DNA of 36,101 nt from Atribacterota bacterium (GCA_038203565.1 JBBRDV010000008.1:1-36101), one strand, 5' to 3'; positions 19,819-29,460 are shown, numbered from the stretch's first letter. Notes: generated by a model not told the origin, from the letters alone. Translations and numbers: made by a program.

Positions 19819-21300
19819 TTAATAGTTTTTATAAATCTTACGAAAATGAAACCCATAAACGGCATAGGTTATAGCCGTAGGTAGGAGTTGCGGACGCCGA
19901 AATAAAGTCCAGAAAAAGATTTTCCAATAATAAATCCTTTCCTTCCCTATGATACCCAGATGCCAGATAGATTTGAGGAAGCCAGTAAGATAATAAAGAT
20001 GTAATTGATATCTTTTCTTTTTTAAAGGTTTCATATTTTTTAACAGCGTAAGGAGACGTTCATAGTAACATTTAGGGGAATAAATGGTATTAAGTACCTT
20101 TTTATAGTTATTGATAAGCGTTTTATAGTTCATTTTGGGAATAAAATTAATGGAAAGGTCAGTGTTGTCACCTGTGGCTTCTTTTAATAATCTATTCTCT
20201 TTAACCAGTCGCTGGTAGAGTTTGGTGCCTCGGGGAGCGTTTAATAGTCCGACCATGGCGCTGACAATGCCACTTTTTTGGATGAATTCAATTAGTCTTT
20301 CAAAAATTGCCAGTGTATCATTATCAAAGCCCATAATAAATCCTCCGTTAACTATCAAACCAAACTTTTGAATCTTTTTAACGCAAGCTATTAGATCACG
20401 ATTTTTATTTTGTAGCTTGTTGCATTCTGCTAAGCTCTCCTCGTTAGGAGTCTCAATGCCCACAAATACTGAACCAAACCCTGCCTGAACCATCAACTGT
20501 ATAAGTTCCTCATCATCGGAGAGATTTATCGAGGCCTGAGTAGTAAAGGTAAAAGGATATTTTCGTTCTTCCATCCAATTAATTATTGCAGGCAGTACTT
20601 CAACTTTTAATTCTCTTTTATTCCCAATAAAATTATCATCAACAATAAATACTCCACTTCTCCATCCCCGTGAGTACAGACTATCTAACTCTGCTAATAT
20701 CTGGTCTTTAGTTTTTAATCTCATCTGATGTCCAAAGAGTAAGGTAACATCACAAAAATCACAGTTAAAGGGACAACCACGAGAATATTGGATACACATA
20801 GTGGCATATTTATTTACATCAGCTAATTCCCAAAGGGGAATGGGGGTCTTTTTTATATCCACCCATTGATCTGAGGTGTAGATATGTTTAGGATGTCCTC
20901 CTTCTAAATCTTTTAAAAAGGGAGGTAGAGTGATTTCAGCTTCATTAAGTATAAAATAATCTACATCATCCTCAAAGTCTTTATATCCGGATGTAAAGAG
21001 AGGACCACCGGCAACAATCTTAGCTCCCAACCTCTTACATTGAGCAATTATCTTCTTCACCGATTCTTTTTGAATAGCCATAGCACTAACAAATACATAA
21101 TCAGCCCACTTAATGTCTCTATCCATTAATGCTGTTACCGTCATATCTACCAGTTTTTTCTCCCACTCTTTAGGAAGCAGAGCAGCTACGGTTAACAGTC
21201 CCAAAGGAGGAAGACTCGCCTTTTTAGAAATAAATTTTAAAGCATATTTAAAACTCCAGAAGGTCTCTGGATATTCAGGATAAACCAGAAGTATTTTCAT
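19819..21300 (-). CDS. B12-binding radical SAM protein (DUF4070-type C-terminus)
   Basis: PPLGLLTVAA B12-binding domain; SRGCPFNCDFC; VDDNFIG; VFVGIET. Confidence 0.9.
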   Translation of the reverse strand: MKILLVYPEYPETFWSFKYALKFISKKASLPPLGLLTVAALLPKEWEKKLVDMTVTALMDRDIKWADYVFVSAMAIQKESVKKIIAQCKRLGAKIVAGGPLFTSGYKDFEDDVDYFILNEAEITLPPFLKDLEGGHPKHIYTSDQWVDIKKTPIPLWELADVNKYATMCIQYSRGCPFNCDFCDVTLLFGHQMRLKTKDQILAELDSLYSRGWRSGVFIVDDNFIGNKRELKVEVLPAIINWMEERKYPFTFTTQASINLSDDEELIQLMVQAGFGSVFVGIETPNEESLAECNKLQNKNRDLIACVKKIQKFGLIVNGGFIMGFDNDTLAIFERLIEFIQKSGIVSAMVGLLNAPRGTKLYQRLVKENRLLKEATGDNTDLSINFIPKMNYKTLINNYKKVLNTIYSPKCYYERLLTLLKNMKPLKKKRYQLHLYYLTGFLKSIWHLGIIGKERIYYWKIFFWTLFRRPQLLPTAITYAVYGFHFRKIYKNY

Positions 21301-21401
21301 GTTAATTCTCCCCTTAATTTTATATTTTCTTGTATGGGTATCATACGAATAGAAATTAAAAACATAACGATATTATTTTTCATTCTAGTTTAATAATAAT
21401 A

Positions 21402-21427
21402 ATTCGACATTTACTTCGAACTTTCCT
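21402..21427 (-). promoter_or_regulatory. SigH-like promoter of the radical SAM gene
   Basis: AGGAAAG-N12-GTCGAAT. Confidence 0.55.
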
Positions 21428-21509
21428 ATTTTATTTTATACTATCTTAGCAATTTATGCAAACAAAAAGCTTAATACTTAACACGTCTCTTCTTGACACT
21501 TCTTGATAC

Positions 21510-21538
21510 TTGACAATAGAAGTGTTTTACTGTAAATT
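21510..21538 (+). promoter_or_regulatory. SigA-type promoter of the LysE gene
   Basis: TTGACA-N17-TAAATT, overlapped by the inverted repeat AAGTGTT/AACACTT. Confidence 0.55.
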
Positions 21539-21611
21539 TAAGAACACTTTTAGTTGCTGCCTGAATCCAAAAAATTACAATTCAAAATAAATAATTGAGA
21601 AGGGAATAAAA

Positions 21612-22226
21612 ATGAACTTAATTGACTTTGGTGTTTTGATTCCCTTCGTCTTGATTACTACCTTCACTCCGGGACCCAATAACCTGAGCTGTGCCTCCAT
21701 GAGTATTAATTTTGGAATTAAAAAAACCATGAATTACATCTATGGAGTTGTTACCGGATTTTTCTTACTGCTGTTACTCTGCGGATTTTTTTCTAACCTG
21801 CTTTTTACAGCCATTCCCTCTGTTGAACCTATCATGCGCTGGATTGGAGCAGCCTATATTCTCTACCTGGCCTATGGCACTTTTAAAGCCAGCTTTTCCT
21901 TTCAGGAAAAATCTAACCAGTATCTCTGGGGTTTTTATAAAGGTGTATTGCTTCAATTTATAAATCCTAAAGGAATCATTTATGGCCTGACCCTTTACTC
22001 GGTCTTTCTAAATCCCCTTATTGGCAATCCCTTCTATATTATCCTCTTCTCATTGGGCTTTGCCCTCGTAGGTCTCTGTGCTGTTTTAACCTGGGCTTTA
22101 TTCGGGGCAATTATTAACCAATATTTGCACCATGTAAAATTAAGAATGATTATAAATAGTATCCTATCCCTTCTTCTGGTCTATACTGCAATAAAGATTA
22201 GCGGAATGATTTCCTGTATAAAATAA
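21612..22226 (+). CDS. LysE/RhtB-family amino acid exporter
   Basis: FTPGPNN; GAAYILYLAY; LLQFINPKG; about 6 TM helices. Confidence 0.92.
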   Translation: MNLIDFGVLIPFVLITTFTPGPNNLSCASMSINFGIKKTMNYIYGVVTGFFLLLLLCGFFSNLLFTAIPSVEPIMRWIGAAYILYLAYGTFKASFSFQEKSNQYLWGFYKGVLLQFINPKGIIYGLTLYSVFLNPLIGNPFYIILFSLGFALVGLCAVLTWALFGAIINQYLHHVKLRMIINSILSLLLVYTAIKISGMISCIK

Positions 22227-22373
22227 CGACAATTTTTGCATCAAGTTTTAATAATTTTTCCGTCATATTGCTATCTATATTCCTTTTGTATGACAAGAGG
22301 CGAGAGATGGTTCTTTGTCACACTTTAATCATCGATAATAAGTAAAAAATGGGACAACGTCCCCCATGCCTTC

Positions 22374-22547
22374 TTATCTGCAGGTTTTTATTACTTGTTT
22401 TTCAAAATCAGTTCCCTTTTCCCATAATAATCTTACAAATACGCTGATGGGGTCCTGTTTTGAATAATCTCCAAAAAGATCCAGGGTTAAACGGTGGGAA
22501 CATTTGACATAATTATATAGCATATTTGCGGAGAGTTCATCTGGCAT
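22374..22547 (-). pseudogene. N-terminal fragment resembling a TM0106-family RecB-like nuclease
   Basis: AGGAG RBS; manual translation MPDELSANMLYNYVKCSHRLTLDLFGDYSKQDPISVFVRLLWEKGTDFEKQVIKTCR; family assigned from recalled resemblance. Confidence 0.55.
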
Positions 22548-22659
22548 AGAATTTCTCCTATAACAAAATATTCATTGCTTTTTTCTCTTTATCCGCTAAT
22601 TCTACTAATCTTTCAATTTCCAGAATAAACATCTTATTTCTTTTTTTTCTCCTGCATTT

Positions 22660-23157
22660 TTAGCCCTTAAAAAGGTAGATAAAAAAGTAAAAGGTCATTA
22701 CTAAAGACAAAGACAGTCTTATAAAGACTGCTATCATACTCCCGATAAAAGTGGCCAGGCCAGCTTTTAAGGCCATTGAGTTTTCCTTGCCAGCAATAAG
22801 CTCTCCTAGTGTTGCACCGATAAATACGCCTAAAATCATTCCAAAAGGAGGGAAAAAGATGGTGCCGGCTATCATCCCTATTATTGCTCCCCAGATTCCG
22901 TATTTGGTAGAGCCATATAATTTTGCCCCCAGGAGAGGGAGAAAATAATCCATCAGGGAGACTATAATAGTTAAAACAGCAAACCTGACTAAGAAACTTT
23001 TACTAAAAACAGCTTCTTCTTTGGCAAATTGAAGTAATATAAGGGCAGCATAACTGAGGGGAGGTCCGGGAATCGCGGGAAAAATACAGCCGATTACCCC
23101 TATGAGAGTGCAAACTATTCCTAATAAAATTAAAACAAATTCCATAAGACTCAGCAT
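22660..23157 (-). CDS. DUF456 (YqgC-like) membrane protein
   Basis: IFPAIPGPPL; DYFLPLLGAKLYG; GAIIGMIAG. Confidence 0.85.
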   Translation of the reverse strand: MLSLMEFVLILLGIVCTLIGVIGCIFPAIPGPPLSYAALILLQFAKEEAVFSKSFLVRFAVLTIIVSLMDYFLPLLGAKLYGSTKYGIWGAIIGMIAGTIFFPPFGMILGVFIGATLGELIAGKENSMALKAGLATFIGSMIAVFIRLSLSLVMTFYFFIYLFKG

Positions 23158-23337
23158 TTTCCTTCTTTAAACATAGAACAAATATTAAAATAAATTAACA
23201 AAATCTTGATGTATCGCTGTCTTGTCATTATTATTTTACTATATGATATGCTATAATTCTAACATAAACACAATCTATTAAAAAAGATTTTATCAACCTA
23301 TTAAAATATAAAATGAACATGGAGCAAATATCGTCAA

Positions 23338-24018
23338 ATGAAAAATTTAGAAAACGAGAGAAATGTTTTAAAAACACAAACTCTTTCACTTAAAACTCAG
23401 ACCTTGGGTGAGGAAATCGCCAACAGCATTACTCACGGTATCGGAGCGGCTTTAAGCATTGCTGCTCTGGTAATTTTGGTTGTTCTTGCCAGCAGGCGTG
23501 GAGATGCCTGGAGAATAGTGAGTTTCAGTATATATGGAGCTACACTGGTCTTGCTTTATCTATCTTCCACCCTTTACCATGGCTTTGTAAACTCAAAGGT
23601 AAAAAATATTTTCAGAATTCTGGACCATTCAGCGATCTATCTTCTTATTGCAGGAAGCTACACTCCTGTTACTCTTACGCTTATGAGAGGTGCCTGGGGA
23701 TGGACTCTTTTTGGAGTTGCCTGGGTAATGGCAATAGGAGGAATTATTGTAACTGCACTCCTTCTGGATAAACTTAAAGCTTTATTGGTATTATCTTATG
23801 TAGTTATGGGATTACTGGTGGTTATCGCCATAAAACCAATCATACAGATGTTCCCCCGGGGATTAATTATCTGGCTTTTTATCGGAGGAGCTTGTTATAT
23901 TTTAGGAATAGTATTTTATTTATGGAAAAGATTGCCTTATCACCACCCCATCTGGCATCTTTTTGTTTTAGGTGGAAGCATTTCTCATTTTTTAGGTATA
24001 TTATTCTATCTCACCTAG
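23338..24018 (+). CDS. Hemolysin III/PAQR family membrane protein
   Basis: EEIANSITHG; SSTLYH; DHSAIYLLIAGSYTP; HPIWHLFV. Confidence 0.93.
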   Translation: MKNLENERNVLKTQTLSLKTQTLGEEIANSITHGIGAALSIAALVILVVLASRRGDAWRIVSFSIYGATLVLLYLSSTLYHGFVNSKVKNIFRILDHSAIYLLIAGSYTPVTLTLMRGAWGWTLFGVAWVMAIGGIIVTALLLDKLKALLVLSYVVMGLLVVIAIKPIIQMFPRGLIIWLFIGGACYILGIVFYLWKRLPYHHPIWHLFVLGGSISHFLGILFYLT

Positions 24019-24033
24019 AATAAGAGAATAAAT

Positions 24034-24122
24034 TTAAATAGGGACACATCCCATTTTTATCTTGTTAAAGAGAAAAATGGGATGTGTCCCTATTTAAAAA
24101 AATGGGATGTGTCCCTATTTAA
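24034..24122. repeat. Three copies of a 25-bp unit (one inverted, two tandem); likely bidirectional terminator or REP-like element
   Basis: TTAAATAGGGACACATCCCATTTTT at 24034-24058; its reverse complement at 24073-24097 and 24098-24122. Confidence 0.9.
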
Positions 24123-25873
24123 AAAATTTCGTTCTTAACACACTTCACCACTTTGTCCACAAAAGTCTTGTCAATTTTACCCACTAAAGAAGGAGTTTCA
24201 AAGATTCTTTCTGGTAAATGATATTTATCCAGTGAAAATCCTTCCTGAATTTTAAATCTGTATTTTTCCTGGTGAATCTTTTCTCCTATGCCCATAAGAT
24301 CTTCTTTGGCAATATCAAAACCTGCCGAAGAGAGAGCCTCAGAACAAATCTCTGGGGTATATATACCACGAGCAAAGAAACAAATTACCAGACTGGAGAG
24401 GATTTGACGCCAGCGTTCTTCGGTTAACAATTCTTTCGCTAATCTTTCGGGACTAATCTTCTCTTTGGTCAAAATCTTCTGATCTATACTGTATCCACCA
24501 TTATCCAAATGACTATGTCTTGCCCCAACCAAAAGGCCGATGTGAGCAGCCGGACCGGTATGGTATCCTGCCATTTCATTTCCACCAAAAGCAAGGGCAA
24601 AATCTTCTCCCCCGTATTGTTGGGCAGCATATTCGACTCCCCGGGCCAGGGCCTGATAGAACTGATTTGGCTGTTCTAAAATAAAATGCACTGCTTTAAT
24701 ATAGGAGGAATAATCCCCCCATCTAAATTTAATATCTTGAGTTTCTTTTTCGGAAATAATTCCTCTCTCTTGAGCCTCTGTAGCCCAGGCCAAAATTACC
24801 CCGCTACTCATAGAATCCAGACCTAATCTTTCTACCTGGTCAATCAGTTTTAAGAGTCCTTCAGTATCAGATATACCAAGCATTGACCCCAGGGCATAAA
24901 TAGGTTCATAATCATAAGAAATCATGGATGTTTTATAGAAATATGATTCATCCTCGTAAGGCTCCCTGAGCGCAGCAATGTGAATACAGCCTACCGGACA
25001 GTGAGAACAGGCTAACCGTCGGCCTAAATATCCCTCTGCCAGCTTCTCTCCGGATATATTTAAAGCTCCTTCAAATTTTGCTTCTTTAAGATTGCGGGTA
25101 GGCAGTCCGCCCAATTCATTTAAGGGAAGGATATTCTCAGCAGTCCCGAGGTCATGGTATTTCTTCATCACCGGTGAGGAAGTAGCCTCCTTATAGATAT
25201 GGTCATATATCTTCCGATATTTGGTTTTATCCCCGGTAGGAAGAGAATGTTTACCGGATATTACTACTGCCTTCAATTTTTTACTGCCAAACACCGCTCC
25301 CAAGCCTAATCTGCCAAAATGCCGATAGGTTTCAGTAGTAACACAGGCATAAGGAATTAACTTCTCCCCTGCTCCTCCTATCCGCATTATAGTCCTTAAT
25401 CCTGCAGCCGGTTCATTTTGTCGTATAATTCTCCCTACCGTAAAATTGTTAGTCATCCCCCATAGGGCGGAAGCATCCCTGAAATAGATTCGGTCACCAT
25501 GAATGGCTAAATATAAAGGGGTAGAACTTGCCCCTTTTATTACCATTGCCCCATATCCGGCTAAACGAAGAGCTACCGCACTCCTTCCTCCACAGTGGCT
25601 CTCCCCCAAATTACCGGTATGAGGAGACTTAAACATAGCTACGGTCTTTGAGGCCAGAGGGAATAAACCTGTCAAGGGTCCGACTGCAAATATAATAGGA
25701 TTTTCCGGACCTAAAGGGTCACTACCGGCAGGACATTCTTCCATAAGAAGCTGAATAGCCACTCCTGCTCCACCCAAGTACTTTTCAAAAATATCTTCTC
25801 TTCTTTCTACCCAATATTTCTTCTGAGAAAGGTCTATATAAAGAACATTGGCCAGGACATCATCTTTAAACAT
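24119..25873 (-). CDS. Tungsten aldehyde:ferredoxin oxidoreductase family protein
   Basis: KYLGGAG; SPHTGNLGESHCGG; GAVFGSKKLKAV; CSHCPVGC; GLDSMSSG. Confidence 0.92.
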   Translation of the reverse strand: MFKDDVLANVLYIDLSQKKYWVERREDIFEKYLGGAGVAIQLLMEECPAGSDPLGPENPIIFAVGPLTGLFPLASKTVAMFKSPHTGNLGESHCGGRSAVALRLAGYGAMVIKGASSTPLYLAIHGDRIYFRDASALWGMTNNFTVGRIIRQNEPAAGLRTIMRIGGAGEKLIPYACVTTETYRHFGRLGLGAVFGSKKLKAVVISGKHSLPTGDKTKYRKIYDHIYKEATSSPVMKKYHDLGTAENILPLNELGGLPTRNLKEAKFEGALNISGEKLAEGYLGRRLACSHCPVGCIHIAALREPYEDESYFYKTSMISYDYEPIYALGSMLGISDTEGLLKLIDQVERLGLDSMSSGVILAWATEAQERGIISEKETQDIKFRWGDYSSYIKAVHFILEQPNQFYQALARGVEYAAQQYGGEDFALAFGGNEMAGYHTGPAAHIGLLVGARHSHLDNGGYSIDQKILTKEKISPERLAKELLTEERWRQILSSLVICFFARGIYTPEICSEALSSAGFDIAKEDLMGIGEKIHQEKYRFKIQEGFSLDKYHLPERIFETPSLVGKIDKTFVDKVVKCVKNEIF

Positions 25874-25874
25874 T

Positions 25875-26276
25875 TTAAGAGCCCCCTTTCTCTAATTTCA
25901 GTACCTCATGTGGACAGAATTTTGCACAATAGCCGCAATAGGTGCAGACCATCGGTTTATTAATTTCATCATCCCAAAATATGGCTCCTATGATACAGGC
26001 ATCTTTGCAATATCCGCATCCGATACATTTGGTAATATCCAGCTTTACTCCTCCGCCTTCTTTAGGCACTAAAGCACTGGTAGGGCATACTCTGGCACAG
26101 GGCGGGTCAGAACAGGCCCGGCAGACCACTACGATAAATCCTCGTTCCATCCCCCCGGCAGACCTTATCCCTATACTGGATCTGGCTAAACCTGCCTCAC
26201 CTTTTCGCCGGGCACAGGCAAACATACAACTCTGACAGCCAATACATTTATCTACATCTTTTACGTTTAATCTCAT
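25875..26276 (-). CDS. 4x[4Fe-4S] ferredoxin subunit (DmsB/AorA-like)
   Basis: Four Cys clusters: CIGCQSCMFAC, CRACSDPPCARVCP, CIGCGYCKDAC, CTYCGYCAKFCP. Confidence 0.92.
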   Translation of the reverse strand: MRLNVKDVDKCIGCQSCMFACARRKGEAGLARSSIGIRSAGGMERGFIVVVCRACSDPPCARVCPTSALVPKEGGGVKLDITKCIGCGYCKDACIIGAIFWDDEINKPMVCTYCGYCAKFCPHEVLKLEKGGS

Positions 26277-26312
26277 AGTTCCCTCCCCATTTTACCTGAC
26301 AAACTTTAAAAA

Positions 26313-27710
26313 TTATCCTCTGGCCAGATGAATAGGTTTGCCGGTTATCCCTTCTGCTGCTTCGGCGATGGCCTCTGCCAGGGTGGGATGAGCGTGGATA
26401 GTATTTACAATCTCGAAAGCAGTAGCCTTCATAGATAGGCCCAGGGTCCCTTCGGCAATCAGGTCACTGGCATGAGCTCCTAGGATGTGAAAACCTAAGA
26501 GTTCAGAAGTATCAGCATTAGCAATTATTTTTACCATTCCTTCAGTCTCTCCCATACCCAGGGCCTTACCGTTTGCCATAAAGGGGAATTTGGAGACTTT
26601 AATGTTATCGTTTTCTTTTCTGGCTTCCTCTTCAGTTAGCCCCACACTCGCTACTTCTGGCATGGAAAATACACAATTAGGAACAACTTTATAATTCATC
26701 AAAACCTCTTTACCGGAGATATTCTCTACCGCGACTATCCCTTCTCGGGAAGCGACATGGGCTAACATTATCTTGCCTACCACATCTCCGACCGCATAGA
26801 TACCGGGAATATTGGTCCTCATCTTTTCATCTACTTTAATCGCTCCCTTATCTAATTCGATACCCAATCCTTGGACATCTATATTCCCCAGTTCAGGTAC
26901 CCTACCGGCAGCTAACAGTACTTTTTCGGTCTCTATTTTTTTTTCTCCGTCGGTAGTGGAAATCAGAACTTCTAAATTCTGATGGTTCTTCTTTATCGCC
27001 TTAACTTTAGAATCAGTAAGAATTTCAATCCCTTTTCTTTTCAGGAGTTGAGTAAGCCTGCGGGCTATCTCTTCATCTATGGGGAGTAAAATCCTGGGGA
27101 GCATCTCTACTACGGTGACTTCCACTCCTAAAGCCTTAAAGATACCGGCGAATTCTATACCCACTACTCCACCTCCTATAATTAACATCCTGGAGGGCAG
27201 TTCGCTCAAGGATAGGGCTTCATTACTGGTTATTACTCCTTCAGTATCTATACCTGGTATCGGAAGTCTCATCACCTTTGAACCGGTAGCAATGATGATA
27301 TTTTTGGTCTTTATAATCTCTTTTTCTCCTGCAGTACCGGTAACTTCCACTGTCCCCGGTTCAATGATCTGCCCTTCCCCTTTTATTACTCTTACCTGGT
27401 TGGCTTTCATCAACTGTCCTACTCCAGAGGATAATCTTTGGGTTATCATGTCTTTCCGCTTCATTATGGCAGAAAAATCAAAAGAATAATCTTTAACCTG
27501 AATCCCAAATTCCCCGGCCCTTTGTAGATTGTTTAATAGCTCTGCAGTACTTACTAAAGCCTTGGTGGGAATACAACCCCAATTTAAACAGACTCCTCCC
27601 AACTTATCCTTTTCCACCAGCAGTGCTTTTAATCCTAAATGAGCTGCTTTTATGGCGGCTACATATCCGCCAGGTCCTCCTCCGATAATGACTACTTCAA
27701 TCTCGTTCAT
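26313..27710 (-). CDS. lpdA: Dihydrolipoyl dehydrogenase
   Basis: GGGPGG; redox disulfide CLNWGC; GGGVVG; HAHPTLAE. Confidence 0.95.
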   Translation of the reverse strand: MNEIEVVIIGGGPGGYVAAIKAAHLGLKALLVEKDKLGGVCLNWGCIPTKALVSTAELLNNLQRAGEFGIQVKDYSFDFSAIMKRKDMITQRLSSGVGQLMKANQVRVIKGEGQIIEPGTVEVTGTAGEKEIIKTKNIIIATGSKVMRLPIPGIDTEGVITSNEALSLSELPSRMLIIGGGVVGIEFAGIFKALGVEVTVVEMLPRILLPIDEEIARRLTQLLKRKGIEILTDSKVKAIKKNHQNLEVLISTTDGEKKIETEKVLLAAGRVPELGNIDVQGLGIELDKGAIKVDEKMRTNIPGIYAVGDVVGKIMLAHVASREGIVAVENISGKEVLMNYKVVPNCVFSMPEVASVGLTEEEARKENDNIKVSKFPFMANGKALGMGETEGMVKIIANADTSELLGFHILGAHASDLIAEGTLGLSMKATAFEIVNTIHAHPTLAEAIAEAAEGITGKPIHLARG

Positions 27711-27749
27711 ATCTTGTTCTATCCTCCTTACAATAAATTTAAATAGGTT

Positions 27750-27799
27750 TTTAAGTAAAAAACAGGTTAGAGTGATTTCTAACCTGTTTTTTACTTAAA
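27750..27799. terminator. Perfect 22-bp inverted repeat, likely a terminator
   Basis: TTTAAGTAAAAAACAGGTTAGA-N6-TCTAACCTGTTTTTTACTTAAA. Confidence 0.7.
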
Positions 27800-27877
27800 C
27801 CTGAATGAATATTTAGTGAAGAACCATCAATATATTTTTCTCATCTATCTCAACTCTATATTTCTAATTAACATTAT

Positions 27878-29185
27878 TTAATACTCTATCTTATTCATTT
27901 CGACAGAGAGAGGAGTCGTCTCACCGGCATATATCCAAATATCTTCTACCCAGGTTCTATATCCATCCTTAATTAGAGTAATTTCATATTGCCCTTCTTT
28001 AATTTCCTCTAACGTTTTTGGTTGAGAAGAAAGGCTCGCTACCTTATAGGTTCCATTTAAAAATATTTTTGCTCCGCTGACATTGCAGTAAACAGCAATA
28101 GAGCCATTATAGTTGATTTCGGGAACTAAGTAAGCAGAGACCGAATGAGTTTGGTTAGCTGTAACCAAAATAGTACTAACCCATTGCTGAAAACCATCTT
28201 TGGTAATCATTAATTCGTGCTGACCCTGTACAACATTCTTTAATTCTACCGACTTGTTAGCAGAAGTTGTTCTCTGGCTACTTCCATCTAAATAAATCCT
28301 GGCATTACCCTGATTACAGTAAATAGAAATCGAACCATATACAGCTAAAGGAATTAAATCAGCAGACACTGTAGTAGTCCGAGAAGGTGAAACTGAGACA
28401 TAATTACTCCAATCCTGATAACCTGCCATTACTAACTTAATATGATGCTGGCCAGAGGTAACTCGGTCTAAATTTAAAGGAGTCACCCCTTTATAAACAT
28501 TATCCAGATATACCTTTGCCCCCTGGGGTTGGGAAGTGACTATAATCCTACCATAATTAGCAGGAGGAGGCGGCGGCGGAGTTATTGGCCTTACCGTATA
28601 ACTTAATAGATTACTCGAAGCCCAGGCAACAGGAGGTTGGGATACTATTATGCCTTTAATGGTGTTGGTAAAATTTTTATAATCTTTATTTACTTCTGGC
28701 ATAAACTCTTTAGAAATTAGATCTTGTTCTCTATCGGTAATAAGTATCGGTCTGGAAGTGGCAAATCCCTGAACATATTCAATCCCCGCCCTGGTATTTG
28801 GGTCAATCAGTCCATCAACGGAATAATTTTGTCCTGCTCTTATAAAATTATGTGGTGAATACTGATTAGGGAAGATAATTTTCACTCTACCTGCGGTATC
28901 ATAGTTATAAAGTGTTACAAAGGAATCCTGGGAAGCCTGGAACGAAATTTTAATTTTCTCCCCAGGCACATAGGCAGTCCCCCGCTCTTTATCCAGCCAT
29001 AATCTAAGAGAAAATGGTGGATGAGGATTGATAATTTGAATGCTTTTCATCTTTTCGACTTCCTCTGGGCTGGGGCTTTGAGCAAAATTAATTCCGTAAA
29101 TACCTAACCAAAGAAACACTATTAAAGCAATAAAAATACAGGTAAATATTTTTCCTCTCTTTTTAAACAATATACTTCTTAACAT
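27878..29185 (-). CDS. Exported DUF4384 + PEGA-repeat protein
   Basis: N-terminal TM/signal; YVPGEKIKISF...IIFPN (DUF4384-like); poly-Pro linker; three PEGA repeats (GRIIVTSQPQGAKVYLD). Confidence 0.8.
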   Translation of the reverse strand: MLRSILFKKRGKIFTCIFIALIVFLWLGIYGINFAQSPSPEEVEKMKSIQIINPHPPFSLRLWLDKERGTAYVPGEKIKISFQASQDSFVTLYNYDTAGRVKIIFPNQYSPHNFIRAGQNYSVDGLIDPNTRAGIEYVQGFATSRPILITDREQDLISKEFMPEVNKDYKNFTNTIKGIIVSQPPVAWASSNLLSYTVRPITPPPPPPANYGRIIVTSQPQGAKVYLDNVYKGVTPLNLDRVTSGQHHIKLVMAGYQDWSNYVSVSPSRTTTVSADLIPLAVYGSISIYCNQGNARIYLDGSSQRTTSANKSVELKNVVQGQHELMITKDGFQQWVSTILVTANQTHSVSAYLVPEINYNGSIAVYCNVSGAKIFLNGTYKVASLSSQPKTLEEIKEGQYEITLIKDGYRTWVEDIWIYAGETTPLSVEMNKIEY

Positions 29186-29343
29186 TTTTAAAATCCTCCT
29201 TTTTTAGTCATGGGTTTCTCACTACGAACCTACCTACTTTCTTTTATATTATATCATAGTTACAATCAAAAAGTAAAATAGAAATAGTAATATATACAAA
29301 GGGCGCGAAGCATCATACCCACAGAAAAAAAGGTAATAATATG

Positions 29344-29371
29344 GTGGGGGCACAATTCATTGTGCCCCCAC
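29344..29371. repeat. REP-like GC-rich palindrome
   Basis: GTGGGGGCACAA-TTCA-TTGTGCCCCCAC; a possible degenerate copy at ~29300-29321. Confidence 0.7.
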
Positions 29372-29460
29372 AACGCAGTTATCACCAACAAATTTAAATA
29401 ACCGCTTCAAAAAAGGTGTTATAATTAACCTCTGCTCAATAAAGTAAAATTTAAAAACAC

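Noticed and set aside
23338..24018. Hemolysin III as a toxin
   Set aside because: The family is a common membrane-homeostasis protein and there is no virulence context
24034..24122. Possible CRISPR array
   Set aside because: Copies are inverted or directly adjacent, with no unique spacers and no cas genes
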